The notes below the pieces were generated by a model. That model saw only the letters and a list, made by a program, of their open reading frames with translations, ran no database searches and was not told the DNA's origin. A DNA stretch of 64,000 nucleotides. Origin: an uncultured Acidobacteriota bacterium (GTDB taxonomy: Bacteria; Acidobacteriota; Polarisedimenticolia; J045). The first letter of the stretch is position 1; the number at the start of each line of letters is the position of its first letter. Where the stretch lies: NCBI GenBank assembly GCA_963702425.1, contig CAVPCQ010000016.1, forward strand, positions 32,001-96,000. The letters are read 5' to 3'. Both the position numbers and the translations under genes were made by a program. Of this stretch, positions 29,910-38,370 are shown piece by piece.

Positions 29910-30576
29910 GCGCCGGTTCCGGGGCCCCGTCTTCGGCTGCGGCACCCAATGGCACCCGCAGACGCCCGCCGCCCGGCCCGCGCTCGGCGGCGAAGATCAG
30001 CGCAGCCGCCGCGGGGGGTACGACCACCGCGACCGGCGCCTCCCCCGCGTCGTCGGCCTCTCCGGTGTAGACGGTCACCGGCGTCACGCCGCGCCCGACC
30101 ACTCGGGCCCAGATTCGGGCTCCGGCGGCCGGTGCTCCGTCGGCAGCGCGGCGGACCGCGAGCCGGCCGGCCAGTCCGCGGCTCCCGGCTGCGCTGGCGA
30201 AGGTCAACTCGAGCGTCTCAATCTCGTCGTCGGTCGCGAGCAGGGCCGCGAGGTGGTCGGCGAGAGGCCCCTGCTCGGCGGCCGGCGCCGCCCCGGCCGT
30301 CGGGAGACCGCTGGCGCCGCGGGCCGCGTCCCCGAACTCGCCGTGGCGGGCCCGCCGCACGAGGTTGCGGTGCTGGTGGTCCAGCAGTCCCGCCACCTCC
30401 GCCTCACCGGCTCCCCGGAGCACGAGGTCGTCGTAGGGGGTCCGTTCCTGGTGGAGGATCTGGCCGCCACAGTAGACGAGGCTCTCCAGGACCGGGTTGG
30501 CGCGGCCGCGGTCCTCGCTCTGCACGTGGTAGGTCTGCCCCTCGAACCGGACGTCGGTGTTGTAACCCGTCAGCAA
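29854..30576 (-). CDS. Conserved hypothetical protein
   Basis: TTG after GGAGGAGG; N-terminus LTGYNTDVRFEGQTYHVQSEDRG..NPVLESLVY.GGQIL looks like a real folded domain; 3' end overlaps smpB convergently. Confidence 0.7.
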   Translation of the reverse strand: MLTGYNTDVRFEGQTYHVQSEDRGRANPVLESLVYCGGQILHQERTPYDDLVLRGAGEAEVAGLLDHQHRNLVRRARHGEFGDAARGASGLPTAGAAPAAEQGPLADHLAALLATDDEIETLELTFASAAGSRGLAGRLAVRRAADGAPAAGARIWARVVGRGVTPVTVYTGEADDAGEAPVAVVVPPAAAALIFAAERGPGGGRLRVPLGAAAEDGAPEPALSRASGPRRASPARGSSS

Positions 30577-30748
30577 GCGGGAGCCTCCTCCGTCGAATAT
30601 GTCCGTCCGCGATTTCCTGTCCATTCTCCGTGGACAGGGGGGGCCTCGGCCCCGATAATCGCGGCCGTCTGCGCGGACCACAAGGGTTTTCCCCCCGGAA
30701 CCGACAGCGAGACCGGGCCGGTACGCCGGCTCTGGGAGGGTTGGCCAG

Positions 30749-32671
30749 ATGGCGATCCGACTGCCCGTCGAGGAAGCCCTCGACATCTACGACATCCACC
30801 TCTGGGGCGCGGGCTTCTTCGGGATCTCGCCGGAAGGCGACCTGACCGTCCGGCCGACCCGCAACCCGCGCCTCGAGCTCTCCCTCCCGCGCGTGGTCGC
30901 CGACCTGCGGCGGCAGGGGCACAGCACGCCGCTGCTGTTCCGGTTCCCGCAGATCCTGCACACCTCGGTCGATGAGATGGTCAAGGCCTTCCGCGCCGCG
31001 ATGGACGAGTTCGGCTTCCACGGCGGCGATTACAGCCCGACCTTCCCGATGAAGGTGAACCAGAACCGCTGGGTGGTCGAGGCACTCCTGGCGGCCGGCC
31101 GCCCGAGCCGGCTGGGGATCGAGGCCGGCTCGAAGCCCGAGCTGATGGCGGCGCTGGCGATGGACGTCGCGCCCGGCGCGCTGACGACGCTCAACGGCTA
31201 CAAGGACCCGGAGACGCTCGATCTCGCGATCATGGGCGCGCGGATGGGGCGGCGCGTCGTGATCGTGATCGAGAAGCCGTTCGAGGTCGAACTGCTGCTG
31301 CGCGCCTTCGAGAAGGCGGGCGACGGGCCGCTCCCGGAGGTCGGGCTGCGGGTCCGGATGTTCGCCCGCGGGGCCGGCAAGTGGCGCGAGTCGTCGGGCC
31401 TGACCGCCAAGTTCGGGCTGACGACAGGGGCGCTGCTCGAGGCAGTGGCGGCGTTCCGGGCGGCCGGCCGGCTCGATCGGCTGGCGATGGTCCACTTTCA
31501 CATCGGCTCGCAGATCCCCGACATCCGCCGGCTCAAGTCGGCCTTCCGCGAAGGGGCCCGGATCTACGCCAAGCTGCGGAAGATGGGCGTGCCGCTGTCG
31601 ATCCTCAACATGGGCGGCGGGCTGGCGATCGACTACGACGGCTCCAACACGGCCTCCGACGCGTCGCGCAACTACTCGATCGCCGAGTACGCCAACGACG
31701 CGGTCTACATCGTCAAGGAGGTCTGCCTCGAGGAGCGCGTCCCCTACCCGCTGATCACGACCGAGAGCGGACGGGCCCTGACGGCGTTCCACTCGATGCT
31801 CGTGACCGACGTCCTGGCCCGCATCACGCCCGACCTACGGACCGGCAACGGCGGCAAGGGAGCGACGCGTGAGCACGCCCGCGTGGTCCAGGAGCTGCGC
31901 TCGATGCTCGAGGACATGTCGGGGAAGAACTACCGCGAGTACTTCCACGACGCGACCGAGCAGCGCGACGAGATGGCCACCCTGTTCAACCACGGCCTCG
32001 TGACGCTGGAGGACCGGGCGCTGGCCGAGCAGTTGTTCTGGGACATCGCACGCCGCGCGCTGGCCTTCGCCAAGCGGGAGAAGATCCCGCTCGAGGAGTT
32101 CCAGGAGCTGGAGCAGGCGCTGGACCAGAAGTACATCGTCAACTTCTCGGTCTTCCAGAGCGTGCCGGACCACTGGGCCCTGGAGCAGCTCTTCCCGATC
32201 GTTCCGACCTCGCGCCTGCGGGAGGCGCCGGAGCACAAGGCCACGCTCTGCGACATCACCTGCGACAGCGACGGCCAGATCGACCATTTCGTCGACATCA
32301 AGGACGTGAAGGAAGTGCTCCCGCTGCACGACCCGATTCCCGGGGAGCCGTACGACCTGGCGATCTGCCTGCTGGGCGCCTACCAGGACGTGATGGGCGA
32401 CCTGCACAACCTCTACGGGGCCCCCGACGAGGTCCACGTCTCGATCGACTCCGAAGGGCGGACCAAGATCGACCGGGTCGTGCCCGGGGACACCGTGGGC
32501 GAGGTCCTGTCGGTCTTCCACTACGACGAGGCGGCGCTCGCCGGCGCAGTGGAGCGGCAGCTCGCCGTACAGGTCGAGGCGGGGACGCTCCCGGCCGCCG
32601 AGGCGGCGGCGCTGATCGCCGAGTACCGCGGGCTGTTCGCCCGCGGCACCTACCTGCGGCAGCCCGGGTAG
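30749..32671 (+). CDS. speA: Biosynthetic arginine decarboxylase
   Basis: PMKVNQ (PLP Lys), EAGSKPE, NGYKD, HFHIGSQI, GGGLAIDYDG, NFSVFQSVPDHW, DITCDSDG, LGAYQDVMGDLHNL. Confidence 0.97.
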   Translation: MAIRLPVEEALDIYDIHLWGAGFFGISPEGDLTVRPTRNPRLELSLPRVVADLRRQGHSTPLLFRFPQILHTSVDEMVKAFRAAMDEFGFHGGDYSPTFPMKVNQNRWVVEALLAAGRPSRLGIEAGSKPELMAALAMDVAPGALTTLNGYKDPETLDLAIMGARMGRRVVIVIEKPFEVELLLRAFEKAGDGPLPEVGLRVRMFARGAGKWRESSGLTAKFGLTTGALLEAVAAFRAAGRLDRLAMVHFHIGSQIPDIRRLKSAFREGARIYAKLRKMGVPLSILNMGGGLAIDYDGSNTASDASRNYSIAEYANDAVYIVKEVCLEERVPYPLITTESGRALTAFHSMLVTDVLARITPDLRTGNGGKGATREHARVVQELRSMLEDMSGKNYREYFHDATEQRDEMATLFNHGLVTLEDRALAEQLFWDIARRALAFAKREKIPLEEFQELEQALDQKYIVNFSVFQSVPDHWALEQLFPIVPTSRLREAPEHKATLCDITCDSDGQIDHFVDIKDVKEVLPLHDPIPGEPYDLAICLLGAYQDVMGDLHNLYGAPDEVHVSIDSEGRTKIDRVVPGDTVGEVLSVFHYDEAALAGAVERQLAVQVEAGTLPAAEAAALIAEYRGLFARGTYLRQPG

Positions 32672-32723
32672 GGGCCGCCCGTGCGGGCCGCCCGTGCGGG
32701 CCGCCACGGAGGGCGGCCCCTAC
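32668..32723. repeat. Inverted REP-like pair (REPIN-like); its GTAG supplies the speA stop codon
   Basis: GTAGGGGCCGCCC...GGGCGGCCCCTAC; the minus-strand copy 32697-32723 reads GTAGGGGCCGCCCTCCGTGGCGGCCCG. Confidence 0.85.
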
Positions 32724-32740
32724 AGACACGGCGCGTCAGA

Positions 32741-32935
32741 CGTCGGCGCGGCGGCGTTCCCGCGGCCCGTAGGGGCCGGCCTCCGTGCCGGCCCGTTACG
32801 CGTCAGCGCGGCGGCGTTCCCGCGGCCCGTAGGGGCCGGCCTCCGTGCCGGCCCGTTACGCGTCGGCGCGGCGGCGTTCCCGCGGCCCGTAGGGGCCGGC
32901 CTCCGTGCCGGCCCGTTACGCGTCGGCGCGGCGGC
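32741..32935. repeat. Tandem 60-bp repeat (3 full units plus a partial), each containing the 27-bp GTAG REP
   Basis: Unit CGTCGGCGCGGCGGCGTTCCCGCGGCCCGTAGGGGCCGGCCTCCGTGCCGGCCCGTTACG at 32741, 32801 (one mismatch) and 32861. Confidence 0.95.
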
Positions 32936-34931
32936 TGTCCCAGTACATGTAGGCCAGCAGCAGCGCGTAGAGACCGAGCGCCAACAGCTCGGCCCCCGGA
33001 CCGGCGTCGTTCCCGAACAGGCCCACGCCGAGCCAGCTGACCCCCATCTCCTGCTCGAGCCACTTCAGGAAGGCGGCGATGACTCCCATCACCGCTCCGC
33101 CGGCAATGAACCCCGAGGCGATCAGCGTCCCGCGGTTGTTGCGTGCCCGCTCCAGCGCCTCGTCGCCGTGCGCCGACTTGGCGACGAAATGGGCGATGAT
33201 CCCGCCGACCAGGAGCGGCGTGTTCAGCTCCTGCGGCAGGTACATCCCCAGCGCGAACGGCAGCGCGGGGACCTTCACCATCTGCAGCACGAGGATCAGG
33301 ATCCCGCCGACGCCGTAGAGCAGCCAGGGGACCGGTTCGTTGGACATCAGGGTCTTGATCACCGCGACCATCGCGTTGGCCTGCGGCGCCGGGAGCGGCG
33401 TCGGGTGGGCCGCGCTCTCGACGAAGCCGTAGACCTGGTTGAGCAGCAGCATGACGCCGCCCACGGTCGCCGAGGCGACGAGGGTGCCGAGCAGTTTCGA
33501 GCGTTCCTGCAGCGCCGGCGTCGCGCCGATCCAGTAGCCGACCTTGAGGTCCGTGATCGTCCCCCCCGCAGTCGACAGCGTGGTGCAGACGACGCCGCCG
33601 ATCAGGAGCGCGGCGAGCATGCCGGGCGTTCCGGTCAGCCCCAGCTTGACCAGGATGACCGACGCCAGGATCAGCGTCATCAGCGTCATCCCGGAGACCG
33701 GGTTGCTCCCGACCGTGGCGATCGCCTGGGCGGCCACGGTCGTGAACAGGAACGAGATGACCATCACCACCGCCAGCGCGGCGAGCGACAACACCACCCA
33801 GTTCGGCTGGTCGGCCAGCACGCCGAACATGAAGAAGACCAGCATCGCCAGCGCCGTCACGAGGATCCCGAGCAGCACCGTGCGCATCGGGAGATCGCGG
33901 TCCGTCCGCGTTCCCGCGTGCTCCACCGGCTTCTTGCCGCCCAGCTCCTTGAACCCCAGCGAGAAGGAGGACTTGATGACCCGCCAATTCCGGAGGATCC
34001 CCAGCGCCCCCGCGGTCGCGATCGCGCCGATGCCGATCAGCCGCACGTAATTCCGGAAGATCTGGTCGGCGGTCATCTGGCCGATCAGCGTCCCTCCCGC
34101 CGCGACGCCGATCGGTTGCGCCAGCCCCTCGCCGAACCAGCCGATCAGCGGGACGATCAGGAACCAGGAGACGAAGGAACCCGCGGTGATCACCGCCGCG
34201 TAGCGCAGCCCGATGATGTAGCCCAGGCCGAGCACCGAGGCCAGCACGTCCATCTTGAACACCATGCGCGACTTCGTCGCCAGCGTCTCGAGAAACGGCA
34301 CCGAGCGCGACGTGAAGACCTCGGCGAAGGCGTGGAAGTGGATCGTCAGGAAGTCGAACAGGCCGCCGACGAGCGCCGCAACGCTGAGCACCTTGGCCTG
34401 CGAGCCGCCGGCCTCGCCCGCGACGAGGATCTCCGTCGTCGCCGTGGCCTCCGGGAACGGGTACTCGCCGTGCATGTCGGCGACGAAGTAGCGTCGCAGC
34501 GGGATCAGGAAGAAGACGCCGAGGAAGCCCCCGAAGACGGCGACGATGAACAGCTTGACGAGATCGACCGGCAGCCCGAGCACGAACAGCCCGGGCAGCG
34601 TGAAGATCGAGCCCGCGACGATCAGCCCCGAGGCCGCGCCGATCGACTGCACGATGACGTTCTCGAGGATCGTCGACTTGCGGGGCAGCGCGACGCCGAG
34701 GCCGACCGCCAGGATCGCGATCGGAATCGCCGCCTCGAAGACCTGGCCGACCTTCAGGCCGAGGAAGGCCGCCGCGGCCGAGAAGACGATCGCCATGATC
34801 AGCCCCAGCGTGACGGACCGCGGCGTCCACTGCGCCATCGTAGAAGAGGCCGGAACGATCGGCTGGTACGTCTCTCCGGGCTGGAGCTTGCGATAGGCGT
34901 TGTCGGGCAGCGAGCGGGTCGTCGGCTCCAT
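32916..34931 (-). CDS. OPT-family oligopeptide transporter
   Basis: GLKVGQVFEAAIPIAIL, ILENVIVQSIG, PFPEATAT, SNPVSGM, DLKVGYWIGATP, APQANAM, FALGMYLP; AAGGAGG RBS before ATG 34931. Confidence 0.95.
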   Translation of the reverse strand: MEPTTRSLPDNAYRKLQPGETYQPIVPASSTMAQWTPRSVTLGLIMAIVFSAAAAFLGLKVGQVFEAAIPIAILAVGLGVALPRKSTILENVIVQSIGAASGLIVAGSIFTLPGLFVLGLPVDLVKLFIVAVFGGFLGVFFLIPLRRYFVADMHGEYPFPEATATTEILVAGEAGGSQAKVLSVAALVGGLFDFLTIHFHAFAEVFTSRSVPFLETLATKSRMVFKMDVLASVLGLGYIIGLRYAAVITAGSFVSWFLIVPLIGWFGEGLAQPIGVAAGGTLIGQMTADQIFRNYVRLIGIGAIATAGALGILRNWRVIKSSFSLGFKELGGKKPVEHAGTRTDRDLPMRTVLLGILVTALAMLVFFMFGVLADQPNWVVLSLAALAVVMVISFLFTTVAAQAIATVGSNPVSGMTLMTLILASVILVKLGLTGTPGMLAALLIGGVVCTTLSTAGGTITDLKVGYWIGATPALQERSKLLGTLVASATVGGVMLLLNQVYGFVESAAHPTPLPAPQANAMVAVIKTLMSNEPVPWLLYGVGGILILVLQMVKVPALPFALGMYLPQELNTPLLVGGIIAHFVAKSAHGDEALERARNNRGTLIASGFIAGGAVMGVIAAFLKWLEQEMGVSWLGVGLFGNDAGPGAELLALGLYALLLAYMYWDSRRADA

Positions 34932-35000
34932 GACGCACGGCCTCCTTGGGGTCACGCCGGAGAGGGACGGGCGGAGCCTACGGAAGTCGGGAGTGCCGCG

Positions 35001-35246
35001 TCAACCTCGGGTTTCGACGGGCGGGCGGACGTGCCCGAGACGGCTGACGGCGTGCGCGATCTTGCGGCGGAACGCCTTGAGGTCACCGGCCGAGAGCTGC
35101 TCGAGGGCCTCGTCGAGGATCGCCGTGATCTCGGCAAGCTCCTGGCGCGCCGCGTGCTCGCGCACCTCCTCCACCCGCCGCCGCAGCGAGGAGATCTCGC
35201 CGACGGACAGCGAGTTGAGCGCTTCGATCATGCCCCGGAGGTGCAT
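35001..35246 (-). CDS. Small helical hypothetical protein (81 aa)
   Basis: MHLRGMIEALNSLSVGEISSL..; amphipathic helices, GC3-biased codons, TACAAT box 9 nt upstream of the ATG. Confidence 0.65.
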   Translation of the reverse strand: MHLRGMIEALNSLSVGEISSLRRRVEEVREHAARQELAEITAILDEALEQLSAGDLKAFRRKIAHAVSRLGHVRPPVETRG

Positions 35247-35328
35247 CGCGGGCGCATTGTAGCGGCGGGTCCCGGGGACGCAACACGACCCCTGTCCGGT
35301 CCCGCCGCGGATGCTATCCTTCCCGCCC

Positions 35329-37134
35329 ATGTCGAAGTCGTCCCCCGGCAAGCGCGCCGGTTCCGCCCGTGTGAAGCCCCCGAAGACCACCGCCCGCCGG
35401 ACCCGTGCGGCGGGGCGCCCGGAGCACGAGCAGGCCAGCCTGTTCGAAGTCGCGGCTTCGCCGCCGGCGACGCCGGCGGCTGCGCCGTCACGCGTGCCCC
35501 GCTCGACCGCCGAGGAACCCGCCGGGCCGGTCGCGGCTGAGGCGACGGCCCGCCGGGCCGGCCGCTCCCGCGCCGGGCGCCGCCCCGTCGGCGCGCAGGA
35601 GATGGCGACCCGCCAGCGCGACATCTCGGTCTCGGAGTTCTTCACCAAGAACCGGCACCTGCTGGGCTTCGACAACCCGCGCAAGGCCCTGCTGACGACG
35701 GTCAAGGAGGCGGTCGACAACGCGCTCGACGCCTGCGAGGAGGCCGGGATCGTCCCCGACATCGACGTCGCGATCGAACAGCTGGCCGAGGACCGCTTCG
35801 TCGCCAAGGTGCGGGACAACGGCCCCGGCATCGTCCGCGAGCAGATCCCGAAGGTCTTCGGCAAGCTGCTCTACGGCTCCAAGTTCCACCGCTACCGGCA
35901 GTCGCGCGGCCAGCAGGGGATCGGGATCTCCGCCGCCGGGATGTACGGCCTTCTGACGACCGGCCGCCCGGTCGTCGTGACCTCCAAGACCGGGCCGCGC
36001 AAGGCGGCGCACCACTACGAGATCGCGATCGACACCCGCGCCAACAAGCCCGAGATCCTGCACGACGCGACGATCGAGGACGCCGCGATCCCGCAGGGGA
36101 CCGAGGTCGCGATCACGCTCGAGGGCCAGTTCCAGCGCGGCCGCCGCAGCGTCGACGAGTACATGGAGCTGACCGCGCTGGCCAACCCGCACGCCACGTT
36201 CCGCTACCGCTCGCCGGGCAGCGAGCCGGTGGTCTGGGAGCGCGTGACGAGCGAGCTGCCCCCCGAGGCGCGGGAGATCAAACCGCACCCGCACGGGGTC
36301 GAGCTGGGAACCCTGCTCAAGATCCTGCGCGACAGCGACAACCGGCACCTGGTCGAGGCCCTGGTCGCCAACTTCTCGCGCGTTTCCCCGCAGGTCGCCG
36401 CCGAGATCTGCGCCAAGGCCAAGGTCTCACCCAAGGCCAACCCGCGCACGCTCGACACCCGCGCCGTGGAGCTGCTCTACCGCGCGATCCCGCACGTCAA
36501 GATCCTGGCCCCGCCGACCAACTGCCTGGTCCCGATCGGCGCGGAGCTGATCGAGCGCGCGCTGCGCCAGCGAATCAAGGCCGACTTCTTCGCCGCCTGC
36601 ACCCGGCCGCCGGCGGTCTACCGCGGCAACCCGTTCCTGGTCGAGGTCGGCCTCGCCTACGGCGGCGGTCTGCCGGCGGAAGATCTGGTCGACGTGCTGC
36701 GTTTCGCCAACCGCGTTCCCCTGCTCTACCAGGCGGGCGCGTGCGCCGTCACGAAGGCGGTCGTCGGGACCAACTGGCGCGGTTACGGTCTTCCGCAGTC
36801 GAGGGGCGCGCCACCGTCCGGCCCGGCGATCCTCTTCATCCATGTCGCCTCGGTCTGGGTGCCGTTCACGTCCGAGAGCAAGGAAGCGGTCGCGTCGTAC
36901 CCGGAGATCGTCAAGGAGATCCGGCTGGCGCTGATGGATGTCGGCCGCCGGCTCGGCAGCTTTCTCAAGCGCCGGGCCCGCGCCGCGGCCGAGGAGAAGA
37001 AGCTCGGCTACATCACCAAGTACATCCCGCAGATCGGGATTGCGCTGCAGGACATCCTGGCGCTCGAGGACCCGCAGCGCGACGCCGCGGTGGCGCAGCT
37101 CAAAGACATCCTGGAGCGCTCGCGCACCGTCTAG
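35329..37134 (+). CDS. top6B: DNA topoisomerase VI subunit B
   Basis: ISVSEFFTKNRHLLGF, GHKL motifs VKEAVDNALDA/DNGPGI/GKLLYGSKF/RGQQGIGIS, KPHPHGVE, H2TH region, RFANRVPLLYQ, VPFTSESKEA. Confidence 0.95.
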   Translation: MSKSSPGKRAGSARVKPPKTTARRTRAAGRPEHEQASLFEVAASPPATPAAAPSRVPRSTAEEPAGPVAAEATARRAGRSRAGRRPVGAQEMATRQRDISVSEFFTKNRHLLGFDNPRKALLTTVKEAVDNALDACEEAGIVPDIDVAIEQLAEDRFVAKVRDNGPGIVREQIPKVFGKLLYGSKFHRYRQSRGQQGIGISAAGMYGLLTTGRPVVVTSKTGPRKAAHHYEIAIDTRANKPEILHDATIEDAAIPQGTEVAITLEGQFQRGRRSVDEYMELTALANPHATFRYRSPGSEPVVWERVTSELPPEAREIKPHPHGVELGTLLKILRDSDNRHLVEALVANFSRVSPQVAAEICAKAKVSPKANPRTLDTRAVELLYRAIPHVKILAPPTNCLVPIGAELIERALRQRIKADFFAACTRPPAVYRGNPFLVEVGLAYGGGLPAEDLVDVLRFANRVPLLYQAGACAVTKAVVGTNWRGYGLPQSRGAPPSGPAILFIHVASVWVPFTSESKEAVASYPEIVKEIRLALMDVGRRLGSFLKRRARAAAEEKKLGYITKYIPQIGIALQDILALEDPQRDAAVAQLKDILERSRTV

Positions 37135-37145
37135 CCTGGCCCCCG

Positions 37146-38096
37146 TCAGGGCGTAGCCGGACCCGGCGGAGCCCGACGTCCCCGCAGCATGTGCAGCCCG
37201 AAGAGGATCGTCGCCAGCACGAGCGGAAGCAGGTAGTACAGCGCGCGGAACGCGATCAGCACGCCGGCGATCTGCGCCGCCGGCAGGTGCGGGGAGAGCA
37301 GCCACAGGGCGACCGTCTCGAAGACGCCGAGCCCGCCCGGTACCTGGCTCGCGTTGCCGGCGAAGGCGGCGATCAGGAAGACCGTCAGCGCCAGCGGGTA
37401 GCTGATCCCGGACGCCTCGGGCAGCAGCACGAAGAAGGCCGCCGCCGCCAGCAGCCAGTCGACGGTGGAGGCCCCGAACTGCGCCAGCGCCAGCTTCCAG
37501 CCCGGCCGTCCGAGCTCGACGCCATTGAGATCGACGGTCGTCTTCCGGCCGCCCGCGGCCCAGTAGAAGTAGGCCGCGCTGAGCAGCAGCATCGCCACAC
37601 CGAGCGGCCGGACCCAGGCCGGAGGGATGTGCAGCTCCGGCGGCAGCGGGGCCGGATGCCCGAGGAAGACGACCCCCGCGAGCAGCAGGAAGCCCAGCCA
37701 GAAGGTCGCGCCGCCGAAGAGAATCAACGCCCCGATCTCGGTCGTGGCGAAACCCCAGCGCTTGTAGAAGCGCAGCCGGACCGAGCCCCCGGTGATCAGC
37801 GGCAGGCCGAGGTTCTGCGACAGCGCGTAGCTGAGGAACGAGGCGAAGACGACTTTGGGCAACGGAAGGCGAAGCCGCAGGTAGCGCAGCCCGAGCAGGT
37901 CGTAGCTCGAGAGGGCCAGGTAGTTGAGCGCGACGAGGAGCGCGGACAGCGCGAGCCGCCGGCGCGGGATGCCGTCGAAGGCGACCCGGATTTCGCTCCA
38001 GGGGGTGTCGCGCAGCGCCGTCCGCAGCGCGTAGAACGCGAGCGCAAAGAGCGCGACCCCGACGATCCGGCCGAGGTGGCGGGGAAGACGCATCAT
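37146..38096 (-). CDS. Lysylphosphatidylglycerol synthase TM (MprF N-terminal flippase-like) membrane protein, no synthase domain
   Basis: SYDLLGLRY, GGSVRLRFY..WG, SQVPGGLGVFE, FRALYYLLP. Confidence 0.85.
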   Translation of the reverse strand: MMRLPRHLGRIVGVALFALAFYALRTALRDTPWSEIRVAFDGIPRRRLALSALLVALNYLALSSYDLLGLRYLRLRLPLPKVVFASFLSYALSQNLGLPLITGGSVRLRFYKRWGFATTEIGALILFGGATFWLGFLLLAGVVFLGHPAPLPPELHIPPAWVRPLGVAMLLLSAAYFYWAAGGRKTTVDLNGVELGRPGWKLALAQFGASTVDWLLAAAAFFVLLPEASGISYPLALTVFLIAAFAGNASQVPGGLGVFETVALWLLSPHLPAAQIAGVLIAFRALYYLLPLVLATILFGLHMLRGRRAPPGPATP

Positions 38097-38370
38097 GCCG
38101 GGCGGGCCATGGATGGTGGCGCGGATTGTAGCCGCCTGGACGGACCGAGGGGGCCGGACGAGAGCCGACAGGCTCTGCCGACCGGGGCGACAAGCGCGAA
38201 GTCGGGCCGCCGGATGGCGGGCAGGGTTGCGACGGCGGGGGTTGCGGCGGCTCGGGCGATTCGAACGAAGGTCGGCAGCACGGACCTCCTCTCCTCCCCA
38301 GGTTCGCGACGCGGGCAGGCTCCAGCCTGCCCCGCGTCGTCTTCGCGGGTAAGATCCAGCCTGCCCGCCG

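Noticed and set aside
29909-30749. tmRNA (ssrA) next to smpB
   Set aside because: No tRNA-like GGGG..TCCACCA ends are seen; the region is occupied by a minus-strand CDS.
32741-32935. Possible CRISPR array
   Set aside because: Units are near-identical along their whole 60 bp, with no unique spacers and no cas genes in the window; it is a REP-containing tandem repeat.
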